Positions 7,534-17,447 of a DNA stretch of 64,000 bases are shown piece after piece (within the stretch, counting starts at the first letter, position 1; every line of letters starts with the position of its first letter). Made by a program: the position numbers and the translations under genes. This DNA is from an uncultured Chloroflexia bacterium (GTDB lineage: Bacteria; Chloroflexota; Chloroflexia; DTKN01), in NCBI GenBank assembly GCA_964592645.1, contig CAZQFV010000017.1, positions 306 through 64,305 of the forward strand, in the 5' to 3' direction. The notes beneath the pieces were generated by a model that did not search any database, was not told where the DNA came from, and saw only the letters and a list, made by a program, of their open reading frames with translations.

Positions 7534-8052
7534 GTGGCCTACTGTGCCCGCTGCGGGGCTCCTCTTTACGGGCAGACGACCCGCGGGCGACGCTGCCTGT
7601 ACTGTTCACGCCGCCGCGACCACGGGAGGGGCCCGGCGCGGGGTGGTTGCGACCTGCCGGGGCTCCATGCTGACAAATGTGAGGCCGCAGGGGCCCGCCT
7701 GTTACAGTTGATCGAGATCCCCGCCGGGGACAAGGAGCAGATCCTGTCCGGGATCGACACCGCACCCCGTCGCAACGGTCCGACGCTGGCTTCGCTAAAG
7801 ATGCAGCGCATCAAGTTGCTCTTCAAGGAGGGAGACATAAGCCGTGAGGAATACCTGGCGGACAAGGCGCAGATTCAGGCCGAGATGGCCCGTGTATCTC
7901 CACCGACGAGTCCGGACCTGACCCGGGCGGCGGACATCCTCACCGACCTGGGCCGGGTGTGGTCCGAGGCTACCAGTGAGCGCACGCAGAAGGTTCTGCT
8001 CCGAGGGGTTTTTGAGGCCATCTTTTTCGATGGTGCAATGATCCCCGATTGA
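7534..8052 (+). pseudogene. Large serine recombinase, C-terminal fragment only (zinc-ribbon + coiled-coil part)
   Basis: YCARCGAPLYGQTTRGRRCLYCSRRRDHG...C then ...KLLFKEGDISREEYLADKAQIQAEMARV... matches the recombinase zinc-beta-ribbon and coiled-coil tail. The catalytic resolvase and recombinase domains are absent upstream. Adjacent to the 3' end of tRNA-Asp. Confidence 0.6.
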
Positions 8053-8113
8053 ACGCAGTGAGGCCCCAGGCGGCGATGCTGCCGTTCTGGGACCTCATCA
8101 AAAATCGCAGGTG

Positions 8114-8187
8114 CGGGGCCGAGGGGATTCGAACCCCCGATCTCAGCCTTGACAGGGCTGCATGTTAGGCCTCTACACCACGGCCCC
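8114..8187 (-). tRNA. tRNA-Asp (GTC)
   Basis: Hand-folded 74-nt cloverleaf. Acceptor GGGGCCG/CGGCCCC, anticodon stem CAGCC/GGCTG, loop CTGTCAA, T-arm GGGGG-TTCGAAT-CCCCT, discriminator G. CCA is not encoded. Confidence 0.9.
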
Positions 8188-8198
8188 ACGCGCCCACA

Positions 8199-8227
8199 AT
8201 GATACCACAGGTGCTGGGAGGTGTCAA
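8199..8227 (-). promoter_or_regulatory. Sigma-70-type promoter of tRNA-Asp
   Basis: On the minus strand: TTGACA, 17 nt, TATCAT. The -10 element ends 11 nt before the mature tRNA 5' end. Confidence 0.6.
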
Positions 8228-8476
8228 ATAGCCGGTAGCCCGCGCAGGGCGCCATCGCGCTCGAAACGGCACCGCCCCCGCAGCGATGTGACCTGTCCCC
8301 AGCCTCCCTCCCCCCTCTCGCGCCACGCGGCCAAAGCGGCCGGAGAATTGCGGGTCGTCGAGATGGCGACGCGGCGCGGTACCGAAGGCCGTCTTGCCGC
8401 CGGCGGCAGGAGCGATATAGAGGTGGACAGCCATCCCGCTTTCTCCTGGAATGTCCCGGCCGGCGCTGGGCGCGGT

Positions 8477-9688
8477 TCAGGGCCCGCCGACGACCTGCAG
8501 CGGGACCGGGGCAAAGGTCAGCAAAAAGATCACGAGCATGGCCACGGCCACGGCCACCTGCCAGGGCTTGAGGGCGGTCAGGTCGTCCAGGGGCACGGCC
8601 GGCCGGCGGCCGACGAGCAGGATCAGCGCCACCCAGAGGAGCCAGCCGATCCACAGGAGGCTCAGCAGGGCCAGGGCCAGGACGACGGCCCCGGTGATGT
8701 AGCGGGCGCTCCGCCCGAAGAGGGCGTAGGCGATGTGCCCGCCGTCCAGCGTGCCGGCGGGGACCAGGTTCAGGCCGGTGACCATCAGGCCGGCCCAGCC
8801 GGCGTAGGCGATCTGGTGGATGAAGACGTCGACGCCGGTGCCGGGCGGGCAGCCGCGCAGGGCGGCGTGCAGCAGCTCCCAGAAGGTTGCCGGGCCGGCC
8901 CCGCAGCGCGGCAGGAAGTAGCCGAAGTAGGCCGTCTTGATCAGGGCGTAGAGGAGCGAGTTGCCTTCCAGGATAAACATCTCGCCGGACGGCGAGGGCT
9001 GGACGGTGGAGAGCGACAGGCCCAGGATCAACGCCGGGATGGCCACGACCAGGCCGGCGACGGGGCCGGCCAGCCCCAGGGCCAGCAGGTGCCGGCGGTT
9101 CTGCGGCGGGGCCTTCATCTGGATAAAGGCCCCCATGGTGCCCAGCGGGGTGAACGGCAAGGGGATGAAGTAGGGCAGGGTGGCGGGGATGCCCAGCCGG
9201 CGGGAGACAATGTAGTGTCCCAGCTCGTGGGCCAGCAGGATGAGCATCAGCGTGACGGCAAAAGGCCAGCCCGACAGCACGTTCTGCAGGATGGGGCGCT
9301 CTGGAAGCCATTCCATCCCGGCGGTCATGGTGGAGACGACGGTGAGGGCGATCAGGACCAGCGCCAGGGCCACGCGCGGCTGCTGCATGGTCGGCAGCTC
9401 GCCGGGGACGGCCCGGATCACGGTGCGCCCTTCCTCCTCCCGGAAGAGGGGCGTGTAGCCGATGGTCTGGAAGCGCCCCCGCAGGATGGGGTAGGCCGCG
9501 GCGGTGTCCATGAGAAAGTGGCCGTAGAGGTGGACGACGCCGGGGTGATCGCGGTCGAGCAGGGCCTGGCCGATGGTAAAGACGCCGGCCACGGCCTCGT
9601 ACAGGGCGGAAGTGAGATCAGGCGTGGGCGCATTGGACTCGGACAAACGGGCCTCCTGGGTCGAAACGGCTCCTCTTGGTTGGGCCAA
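8477..9688 (-). CDS. Site-2 protease family (peptidase M50) membrane metalloprotease
   Basis: HELGHYIVSRRLG zinc motif within multiple hydrophobic helices. 403-aa ORF. Confidence 0.85.
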   Translation of the reverse strand: MAQPRGAVSTQEARLSESNAPTPDLTSALYEAVAGVFTIGQALLDRDHPGVVHLYGHFLMDTAAAYPILRGRFQTIGYTPLFREEEGRTVIRAVPGELPTMQQPRVALALVLIALTVVSTMTAGMEWLPERPILQNVLSGWPFAVTLMLILLAHELGHYIVSRRLGIPATLPYFIPLPFTPLGTMGAFIQMKAPPQNRRHLLALGLAGPVAGLVVAIPALILGLSLSTVQPSPSGEMFILEGNSLLYALIKTAYFGYFLPRCGAGPATFWELLHAALRGCPPGTGVDVFIHQIAYAGWAGLMVTGLNLVPAGTLDGGHIAYALFGRSARYITGAVVLALALLSLLWIGWLLWVALILLVGRRPAVPLDDLTALKPWQVAVAVAMLVIFLLTFAPVPLQVVGGP

Positions 9689-9753
9689 ACAAGTTTTCTT
9701 TGTGCCGTTGTGGTCGGCAAACAGCAGTTCTTTGCGCCTTCGTGGTTGGGTTC

Positions 9754-12288
9754 CTACTGCGGCGCGCCCACCCGGTAGATCTGCACCCCGGGCGCTTCAA
9801 AGACCAGCGTGCCCAGTTGGGCGAACTTGGCCAGGGACTCGGGCGGGTAGGCGGACAGCTCCTGGGAACCGATAAAGACATAAGAGACTTCATACTGCGC
9901 CAATAGCTGGCGGGCCTCGGCCGGGTTGTCGGTCTTGTAGATGCGCCTGGCGGCCTCGGCGCGGGGCGTGATCTCTGCCAGAGCCGCGGGCTGGCCGCCG
10001 CGCCACTGCAGTTCGTGGCCGTCCCAGCCGAGCAGGGTCGGCCGGCCGGTGGCGGCGGAGACCCGGCCGGCGTAGCCCCAGTCCGAGCCCACCGTTTCCA
10101 GGACGACGGCGTCGGGCGCGGCGTTGTCCTGCAGCCAGCGCACCCCGGCATAGTCGCCCGGGTAGCTCTGCTGCATGTAGGCCAGGCCGTCCAGGTTCCA
10201 GGGGCGCGCCTCGCGCAGCGCCATCTGCAGGGCGGCGCTGGGATAGACCAGCCCGCCGGCCAGGAGCAGAGCCAACGGCAGCGCCCAGGCCAGGCGCGGG
10301 AGGGAGCGCCGCAGGTGGGTGCGCAGCACCTCGCCCACGCTCCAGGCGCCGGCGATGGCCAGCATCATCCAGACCTGGTAGTAGAACTTGAAGACGGTGT
10401 TCATACGGCTCTCGAAGATGTCGCGCAGGTAGACCACCTCGCAGCCCCAGGCCAGGAGCAGGGCCAGCATGAGCAGGAGCAGGGCGAACGCTTCGGCCGG
10501 CCGGCTTTTGCCCAGCAGCCCCCAGCCCAGCACCAGCAGCGGCACGATCATCAGCAGCGGAAAGCCCAGCGCGATGGACAGGACGGCAAAGAGGCCGACG
10601 GCGACCCATTCCCAGGGGCGCACGCGGAGGCGCTTGGCGAAGGCGTGGCCGATGAACCAGGTGAGCGCCGGGTAGAGCGGCAGCCCTACGATCACCAGGA
10701 AGGTGTAGAGCGAGGTCTTGTCCCACAGCACCGGGCCGAGCGTCTGCAGCAGCTTGGAGAAGCCCGGCACTTTGGCCAGCGCGCCCAGGAGGGGCGTGGC
10801 CAATACTTCCGCCGGGACCTCCCGGCTGCCGACGAGCGAGCGAAAGGTGAGGTAAAAGGGCAGGTACAGGGCGATCGCCAGCCCGACGACGATGCCCAGG
10901 TCGCGCAGCAGCGCCAGGGTGTCCCGCCGGCTCCGGGGCTCCTGTGTGTCCTTGCGCCAGCGCCAGACCCAGGCGGCGATGTAGAGCAGCAGGTAGGTCG
11001 GAAAGTCCCAGGAGTTGGCCACGTAGAGGCTGCCCAGCACCATGGCGTTGAGCGCCAGGAAGAGCCACGACCAGCGGTCCGGGCGGTCGCCGGGCGCGCC
11101 CAGCCGGAACGCCGCCCGGCCGCGCTCCGGCGAGAGGACCAGGTTCAGGGCCATGGCCATGGCCAGCAGCGTCAGCGGCAGGCTCATCACATGGGGGTGC
11201 ATGTCGCCCAGGTAGAAGGAGAAAAAGGGGAACTCGGTGATGGCGTACGAACGTTGGACCTGCTCGGGGGTGACCAAGCGTCGCCAGCCCCATAGGGCCG
11301 CCCCGACCTGGCCGCGGGCCTGGATCTGCTGCACCGCTTCCCAGGTGGGCCGCTCGTCCCACAGCACCCGCGAGGGCCACCACCAATAGTCCTGCGATTG
11401 CCATGGCGGGCCGCCGACCTGGATGGTGTCCCAGACGCCGCCGAAATCGCCCCCGGTGTTGACGGCGTGGCCCAGGGAGACCGGCCCCGTGGCTCCCGCC
11501 AGGCGGGCCCGCAGGACGGTAGCCATCTCCCCGGCGTCCAGGGCCACGACCTGGGGGTTGCCGGCGATCGTCTCCAGGGCCCCGGCCTGGTTGCCCACGA
11601 ACATGGCCAGGACCAGGGCCAGCGCGCCGACAAACGCGGCGCGGCGGCGCGCGGCCGCCTCCATGGCCAACGTCAGGTTGTAGCCCAGGCTGAAGCAGCC
11701 GGTGGCGGCCAGGGCCAGGAGGGTGGCCAGGTTGAGGTTAAAGGCCAGGGAAGCGGGCAGCCCCGCAAGCAGGGCCAGCGAGGCGGCCGTAAAGTAGCCA
11801 AAGTAGTAGTAGTTGATGCTGTAGCCCGAGAGCCAGGGGTCCTGCGGGGGGAGCGCCTTGCTCTGCATGATGCCGTTGAGGAAGGCCAGGTCCATGGGCT
11901 GCTCGGTGTGCGAGAGGGCCGGCCCGCCCCAGGGGCCGTAGATGCGCAGCACGGCCCCGGCGAAGAGGAGAAGGGCAAAGAGCAGCTCGTAGAGCAGCAC
12001 CAGCCGCCAGCGCTCGCGCAGAAAGGCGCGGATCGAACGGTCTTTCCAGAAGACGATCCCCGAGAGGACGGCCACCGCGGCCAGGCACAGCACGAGCAGA
12101 CCGCGCCCATAGGAGGCCAGTTGCCACATGCCCAGGAACCAGGCCAGGAAGGCCGGCAGGAGGATGCCCAGCGCCCGGGCCAAGGGGTAGCCCCGGTCCG
12201 GCAGGTGCCGCAACAGCGCCAGCGTCAGCGGCAGGGCGATCAGGGTCAGGATCTCCAGGATGAACCACCATACGACCAGGGACAGCAT
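9754..12288 (-). CDS. DUF2298 / Chlor_Arch_YYY-domain polytopic membrane protein (GT-C-like)
   Basis: Many TM helices and the SGYSINYYYFGYF motif. The start was chosen at MLSLVVWW (12288), which has GAGGA upstream. The ORF extends to 12327. Confidence 0.85.
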   Translation of the reverse strand: MLSLVVWWFILEILTLIALPLTLALLRHLPDRGYPLARALGILLPAFLAWFLGMWQLASYGRGLLVLCLAAVAVLSGIVFWKDRSIRAFLRERWRLVLLYELLFALLLFAGAVLRIYGPWGGPALSHTEQPMDLAFLNGIMQSKALPPQDPWLSGYSINYYYFGYFTAASLALLAGLPASLAFNLNLATLLALAATGCFSLGYNLTLAMEAAARRRAAFVGALALVLAMFVGNQAGALETIAGNPQVVALDAGEMATVLRARLAGATGPVSLGHAVNTGGDFGGVWDTIQVGGPPWQSQDYWWWPSRVLWDERPTWEAVQQIQARGQVGAALWGWRRLVTPEQVQRSYAITEFPFFSFYLGDMHPHVMSLPLTLLAMAMALNLVLSPERGRAAFRLGAPGDRPDRWSWLFLALNAMVLGSLYVANSWDFPTYLLLYIAAWVWRWRKDTQEPRSRRDTLALLRDLGIVVGLAIALYLPFYLTFRSLVGSREVPAEVLATPLLGALAKVPGFSKLLQTLGPVLWDKTSLYTFLVIVGLPLYPALTWFIGHAFAKRLRVRPWEWVAVGLFAVLSIALGFPLLMIVPLLVLGWGLLGKSRPAEAFALLLLMLALLLAWGCEVVYLRDIFESRMNTVFKFYYQVWMMLAIAGAWSVGEVLRTHLRRSLPRLAWALPLALLLAGGLVYPSAALQMALREARPWNLDGLAYMQQSYPGDYAGVRWLQDNAAPDAVVLETVGSDWGYAGRVSAATGRPTLLGWDGHELQWRGGQPAALAEITPRAEAARRIYKTDNPAEARQLLAQYEVSYVFIGSQELSAYPPESLAKFAQLGTLVFEAPGVQIYRVGAPQ

Positions 12289-12490
12289 CGTGTAGATCCT
12301 CGGGAGAAAGGCGGCCGGACAGTTCACCGGCTCCTGCTTCCCGTCTCTTGTTTCCGCGCCATTGTACTACAGTCTGTTCCCCCCCGCAACATGCCAATTT
12401 GCATAATCGCCATGGTTGTAGTAAAATAGGCGCCATCGAGTGGGGCGGAAGCGTCCCACTCGTTCCGGGTATAGGCCCGGGAGGTGGGCG

Positions 12491-13018
12491 ATGATGCGCT
12501 ACAATGTGGCCACGCTCCTGCGCTCGCCCGTGGGGACGACGCGCGCCTACGAGATCGCCGAGGAAGAGTTCCAGGCCGACGATCTCCTGGTCAGGAGTCT
12601 GCGCGGCAAGGTGCTGCTGACTCGCTTGCGGGAAAACGTGCTGCTGCAGGGGGCGCTCGATGGCACGGTGACGCTGGAGTGCGGTCGCTGCCTGGAGCCC
12701 TACGAGCAGCCGCTGCACATGGAAATGGAGGTCGTGTTCCAGCCGAGCGTGGCGATCCTGACGGGTGAGCCGTTGCCGCCGCCGGAGGATGACAGCGTCT
12801 ATATGATCGATGGGCATCACATCGTCGATTTGGACGAGGCCGTGCGCGAACAGGTGCTGCTGAACCTGCCGATACGGCCGTTGTGCCGGCCGGACTGCGC
12901 CGGGCTGTGCCCCATCTGTGGCCAGAACCTGAACCTTGGCCCCTGTCCCGGGCACGGTGAACAGACGGACGAGCGGCTGGCCGTCCTGGCGGCGCTGCTC
13001 GAGCCCAAGAAAGAGTAG
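12491..13018 (+). CDS. yceD: YceD/DUF177 family protein
   Basis: CGRCLEP...CRPDCAGLCPICGQNLN cysteine pattern, and the position immediately upstream of rpmF. GGAGGTG precedes the ATG. Confidence 0.8.
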   Translation: MMRYNVATLLRSPVGTTRAYEIAEEEFQADDLLVRSLRGKVLLTRLRENVLLQGALDGTVTLECGRCLEPYEQPLHMEMEVVFQPSVAILTGEPLPPPEDDSVYMIDGHHIVDLDEAVREQVLLNLPIRPLCRPDCAGLCPICGQNLNLGPCPGHGEQTDERLAVLAALLEPKKE

Positions 13019-13038
13019 CTGAAAAGAGAGGTATGCTG

Positions 13039-13236
13039 ATGGGGGCTTTGCCAAAGAAAAGGATTTCGCGTCATCGGCGGGGTGGGCGCCGCAGCCACCA
13101 GGCGCTCAAGGCGCGTCAGATGGCGGTCTGCCCGCAGTGCGGCGACCTGACCCTGCCGCACAGCGTCTGTCGGTCCTGCGGCACCTACAAGGGCGCCCAG
13201 GTACTGAAGGTCAAAGAGGAGAAGAAAGGCAAGTAG
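13039..13236 (+). CDS. rpmF: 50S ribosomal protein L32
   Basis: MGALPKKRISRHRRGGRRSH...CPQCGDLTLPHSVCRSCGTYKG. An alternative ATG lies at 13033. Confidence 0.9.
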   Translation: MGALPKKRISRHRRGGRRSHQALKARQMAVCPQCGDLTLPHSVCRSCGTYKGAQVLKVKEEKKGK

Positions 13237-13377
13237 CGGGCAGGATATTTCCTGGCCCAGAAAAAGACAGGGGATCGCCGGTGATCTCCGCCTTTGAGCG
13301 CAAGCCAGGCAAGGTGGTACGATAGGCCGGCCCCCTGTCTTCTTCTATTTTTTCAAAAAGAACCTGGGGGGAATCGC

Positions 13378-14367
13378 ATGGCGCAGTACGCCGCCATCGC
13401 CGGCTGGGGCATGTATCTGCCGCAGCGGGTGTTGACCAACCAGGACCTGGAACGGATGGTGGACACCTCCGACGAGTGGATCCGCACCCGCACCGGCATC
13501 AGCGAACGACGGCTGCTGGACGAGGGCGAGGCGACCTCGAGCATGGCCATCCGCGCCGCCCGGCAGGCCCTGGAGCGGGCCGATCTCTCCCCCTTCTCCG
13601 TCGATCTAATCATTGTCGCCACCTCCACGCCCGACTATGCCTTCCCGGCGACGGCCTGCCTGGTGCAGGACGCCATCGGGGCCATCCATGCGGCCGCCTT
13701 CGACCTGGAGGCCGCCTGCTCGGGTTTTATCTATGCCCTCGCCGTGGGCACGAACCTGGTGCGCAGCGGCGCGTACCGGAACGTCCTGGTCATCGCCGCC
13801 GATACCCTCTCGCGCGTCACCAACTGGCAAGACCGCAACACCTGCATCCTGTTCGGCGACGGGGCGGGCGCGGTGGTGCTGCGGGCGACGACGCGGCGGC
13901 GCGGGTTGCTGGCCTGCACGCTGGGCGCCTACGGCGCCGGCCGCGATCTGATCATCCAGCCGGCCGGCGGCAGCGCCCGTCCGGCCACCGCCGAGACCGT
14001 GGCCACCGGCCAGCACTTTATCCACATGCAGGGCAACGAGGTCTTTCGCTTTGCCGTGCGCACCATGGGCCAGGCCGTCCAGGAGGTGCTGGAAAAGGCC
14101 GCGCTGCCGATCGCGGACGTGGCCCTCTTTGTGCCCCACCAGGCCAACCTGCGCATCATCGAGGCCCTGGCGGCGCGCTTGGAACTGCCCCGCGAGCGCG
14201 TCTGGGTCAATATCGATCGCTACGGCAACATGTCCGCGGCGACGGTGCCCGTGTCGATCTGCGAGGCGGCGGAGGCCGGCCGGCTCCACGACGGCGACCG
14301 CATCGTGGCCGTGGCCTTTGGCTCGGGCCTGACATGGGGGGCCGCGGTCATCGAGTGGGGGCTCTAG
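13378..14367 (+). CDS. fabH: 3-oxoacyl-ACP synthase III
   Basis: LTNQDLERMVDTSDEWIRTRTGISERR, active-site ...EAACSGF..., HQANLRII, GNMSAATVP. Confidence 0.92.
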   Translation: MAQYAAIAGWGMYLPQRVLTNQDLERMVDTSDEWIRTRTGISERRLLDEGEATSSMAIRAARQALERADLSPFSVDLIIVATSTPDYAFPATACLVQDAIGAIHAAAFDLEAACSGFIYALAVGTNLVRSGAYRNVLVIAADTLSRVTNWQDRNTCILFGDGAGAVVLRATTRRRGLLACTLGAYGAGRDLIIQPAGGSARPATAETVATGQHFIHMQGNEVFRFAVRTMGQAVQEVLEKAALPIADVALFVPHQANLRIIEALAARLELPRERVWVNIDRYGNMSAATVPVSICEAAEAGRLHDGDRIVAVAFGSGLTWGAAVIEWGL

Positions 14368-14397
14368 CGAGGACTCTTGCCAAGCAAGGAGGTATCG

Positions 14398-15360
14398 ATG
14401 CTCAGCGATTCGCCACCGACAGCCTGGCTCTTTCCCGGGCAGGGCTCGCAGGCGGTGGGCATGGGACGGGACCTGGCCGAGGCTTTCCCGGCGGTGGCCG
14501 CGCTGTACGCCCAGGCCGATGCCCTCCTGGGCGTGCCCCTTGCCGAGATCTGCTTTCGGGGGCCGGAAGAGGTGCTCACGCAGACGATCAACGCCCAGCC
14601 GGCCATCCTGACGACCAGCGTGGCCGTGCTGCTGGCCTTGGGCGGGCGGCTCGACGAGGCCGGCCGGCTGCTCCTGCCGGAGCGGCTGCCCTGCCCGGCG
14701 TTCGTGGCCGGCCACAGCCTGGGGGAGTACACCGCCCTGGTGGCCGCGGGCGCGTTGTCGTTCCCCGCTGCCCTGCGTCTGGTGCGCGAGCGCGGCCGGC
14801 TGATGGGCGAGGCCCGCGCCGGCACGATGGCCGCGGTCATGGGGCTGGAGGAGTCGGCGCTGGAGGAGGTCTGCCGCTCCTGCGGGCTGGACGAACCGCT
14901 GGTCATCGCCAACTACAACTGCCCCGGGCAGTTGGTGCTCAGCGGGGCCGGCGCGGCGGTGGAGCGGGCGCTGAACGCGTCCCGGGACAGGGGGGCCAAG
15001 CGGGTCGTGCCGCTGAAGGTCAGCGCCGCCTTTCACTCCCCGCTGATGGCCGAGGCGGCCCAGGGGCTGGCGCGCGCCATCGAGGCGGCCGAGTTTCTGC
15101 CGGCACGCATCCCCGTGGTGGCCAACAGCTCGGCCCGGACGATCAGCGCCCCATTGGAGGTCGGCGAGGAGCTGGTGGCCCAGGTCTGCGCGCCGGTCCG
15201 CTGGACGGCCGGCCTGCAGGCGATGTGGGCGCAGGGCGTGCGGCGCTTTGTCGAGATCGGCCCGGGCACGGTGTTGAGCGGCCTTGTGCGCCGGACCCTG
15301 CCCGAGGCCGAGACCCAGGCGCTGGGTACGCTCGCGCAGGTGCAATCGCTCTTGGGCTAA
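14398..15360 (+). CDS. fabD: Malonyl-CoA:ACP transacylase
   Basis: [12 protein letters not shown] and [10 protein letters not shown] motifs. AAGGAGG lies upstream. Confidence 0.92.
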   Translation: MLSDSPPTAWLFPGQGSQAVGMGRDLAEAFPAVAALYAQADALLGVPLAEICFRGPEEVLTQTINAQPAILTTSVAVLLALGGRLDEAGRLLLPERLPCPAFVAGHSLGEYTALVAAGALSFPAALRLVRERGRLMGEARAGTMAAVMGLEESALEEVCRSCGLDEPLVIANYNCPGQLVLSGAGAAVERALNASRDRGAKRVVPLKVSAAFHSPLMAEAAQGLARAIEAAEFLPARIPVVANSSARTISAPLEVGEELVAQVCAPVRWTAGLQAMWAQGVRRFVEIGPGTVLSGLVRRTLPEAETQALGTLAQVQSLLG

Positions 15361-15387
15361 AGGACTAAGCGGAGCGGAGGTGCGGCC

Positions 15388-16140
15388 ATGTGCCAGCGGT
15401 TTCGAGGCCGGGTAGCTATCGTGACGGGCTCCTCGCGGGGGATCGGCCGGGTGACGGCGTTGGCCCTGGGGCGCGAGGGAGCCGATGTGGTGGTCAATTA
15501 TAACCGCCAGGCGGAGGCGGCGCAGGAGGTCGTGCGGGAGATCGAGGCGGCCGGCGGCCGGGCCCGGGCGGTGCAGGCGGACGTGACGGACGCCGCGGCG
15601 GTGTCCCGCCTGGTCCAGGAGACGCTCGACAGCTTCGGACGGGTGGACATCCTGATCAACAACGCCGGCATCTCGCGCGACATGCTGATGATGCAGATGC
15701 AGGAGGCCGACTGGCGGGCGGTGATCGAGACGAACCTGAACTCGGCGTACCTCTGTTGCCAGGCGGTGCTGCGGCCGATGTTGAAGCAGCGCTACGGGCG
15801 CATTGTCAACGTGGCCTCCCTGGCCGGGATCTCGGGGAACGTGGGGCAGGCCAACTACGTGGCGGCCAAGGCCGGCCTGATCGGCTTCACCAAGGGCATG
15901 GCCCGGGAGGTGGCCACGCGCAACATCACCGTCAACGCCGTGGCCCCGGCCTTCTGCGAGACGGACCTGATCGAGCACATGCCGGCCCGCTATCGGCAGT
16001 GGGCCCTGGCCATCATCCCCATGAAGCGCTTCGCCCGCCCCGAAGAGGTCGCCGCCCCTATCCTCTTCCTGGCCTCGGAGGAGGCTTCCTATGTCAACGG
16101 CCATACCCTGGTGGTGGACGGCGGGATGGTCTGTCCTTAG
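15388..16140 (+). CDS. fabG: 3-oxoacyl-ACP reductase (SDR)
   Basis: [15 protein letters not shown], and YVAAKAG in the Y-x3-K position. Lies directly downstream of fabD. Confidence 0.88.
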   Translation: MCQRFRGRVAIVTGSSRGIGRVTALALGREGADVVVNYNRQAEAAQEVVREIEAAGGRARAVQADVTDAAAVSRLVQETLDSFGRVDILINNAGISRDMLMMQMQEADWRAVIETNLNSAYLCCQAVLRPMLKQRYGRIVNVASLAGISGNVGQANYVAAKAGLIGFTKGMAREVATRNITVNAVAPAFCETDLIEHMPARYRQWALAIIPMKRFARPEEVAAPILFLASEEASYVNGHTLVVDGGMVCP

Positions 16141-16151
16141 GCGGTAGGCGG

Positions 16152-16628
16152 ATGATGCCCTACGAGGTCACGATCGAAAACCCCCTGGGCAGCACGGTGC
16201 GCACCATCTTCGATCCCGGTCGCGGCTGGGTGGAGACGGGCCCGACCTTTGACAGGCCGCTGCCGGCCGAGTACGGCTTTATCCTCGGCACCTACAACCC
16301 GGCCGACGGCGACCCGGCCGATGTGCTGGTCATCGGCTACGGGCCGACCTTCCCCGGCTGCTCCTACCGCGTGCGTTCCGTCGGCCTGCTCCTGCGGGCC
16401 GACGGCGATCACAAGGTGCTGGCCGTGCCCCACACCGCCGACTATATCTCGCCGCTGGTCGACCTGGGCGAGGTGGCCCCGGACCTCCTGGAGCGCATCG
16501 CCGACTGGTTCCGGCCGCACTTTGCGCTGCTGGGCTGGCGCGATGCCCTCTGGGCGCGGGAGTGGGTCGGCGCCTGCCGGGCGCTGGAAGGCGTGCTGCA
16601 GGCCAAGGAAAGCGGGCGCGGAGCATAG
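16152..16628 (+). CDS. ppa: Inorganic pyrophosphatase (family I)
   Basis: EYGFILGTYNPADGDPADVLVIG and DHKVLAVP motifs. About 158 aa. Confidence 0.8.
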   Translation: MMPYEVTIENPLGSTVRTIFDPGRGWVETGPTFDRPLPAEYGFILGTYNPADGDPADVLVIGYGPTFPGCSYRVRSVGLLLRADGDHKVLAVPHTADYISPLVDLGEVAPDLLERIADWFRPHFALLGWRDALWAREWVGACRALEGVLQAKESGRGA

Positions 16629-16694
16629 CTTCAGGGTCCGCCGCGCTGGAGCAAGTGGTTTATGAGATGACTTTAGTTGGCAGAGGAGGTCCCC

Positions 16695-17447
16695 ATGTGC
16701 GGAAGTCTCGAAGGCAGGGTAGCGCTGGTCACCGGGGCGGCGCGCGGCATCGGCCGGGCCATTGCCCAGCGGCTGGCGGCGATGGGTGCGGCGGTGGCGA
16801 TCAACGACCTGGCCCCCCAGGAGGCCATCGACGCCGTCGTCGCCGAGATCGTGGCGGCCGGCGGGAAGGCCGTCGGCGTCCGGGCCAATGTCACGGTCGC
16901 GGCAGAGGTGGCGGCAATGGTCGACCGGGTGGTGCAGGAGCTGGGCGATCTGCACATCCTGGTGAACAACGCCGGCATCACCCGCGATATGCTCCTGATG
17001 CGCCTGAGCGAGGAGGATTGGGACGCCGTCCTGACGACCAACCTCAAGGGCGCTTTCCTCTGCACCAAGGCGGCGGTGCGGCCGATGATGAAGGCCCGCT
17101 GGGGCCGCATCGTCAACCTCTCCTCGGTGGTCGGTCTGGCGGGGAACGCCGGCCAGGCCAACTACGCGGCGGCCAAGGCCGGCCTGATCGGTCTGACCCG
17201 CAGCGCCGCCCGGGAGCTCGGTTCGCGCGGCATCACGGCCAATGCCGTCGCCCCCGGCTTTATCCTCACCGACATGACGGCCCGGCTGCCGGACAAGATC
17301 AAGGAGGAGGCCCAGGCCCAGACGCCGGCCGGCCGTCTGGGGACGCCCGAAGACGTCGCCGCGGCGGTGGCCTTTCTCTGCTCGCCGGAGGCCGAGTTCA
17401 TCACCGGGCAGGTGTTGAGCGTGGATGGGGGGATGGTGATGCGGTAA
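16695..17447 (+). CDS. SDR-family oxidoreductase, FabG-like paralog
   Basis: VTGAARGIGRA, NNAGI, YAAAKAG. GAGGAGG lies 5 nt upstream of ATG 16695. Confidence 0.85.
   Translation: MCGSLEGRVALVTGAARGIGRAIAQRLAAMGAAVAINDLAPQEAIDAVVAEIVAAGGKAVGVRANVTVAAEVAAMVDRVVQELGDLHILVNNAGITRDMLLMRLSEEDWDAVLTTNLKGAFLCTKAAVRPMMKARWGRIVNLSSVVGLAGNAGQANYAAAKAGLIGLTRSAARELGSRGITANAVAPGFILTDMTARLPDKIKEEAQAQTPAGRLGTPEDVAAAVAFLCSPEAEFITGQVLSVDGGMVMR

Noticed and set aside
13476-16104. 630-aa plus-strand and 832-aa minus-strand ORFs spanning fabH-fabD-fabG
   Set aside because: They overlap three textbook fatty-acid-synthesis genes in other frames, and their sequences are Arg/Gly/Pro-rich.
17401-17447. 47-nt convergent overlap between the fabG-like gene and the folC 3' end, considered as a possible regulatory antisense arrangement
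   Set aside because: It is most simply explained by the last folC codons being a non-conserved tail in high-GC DNA. Nothing in the sequence supports a special function.
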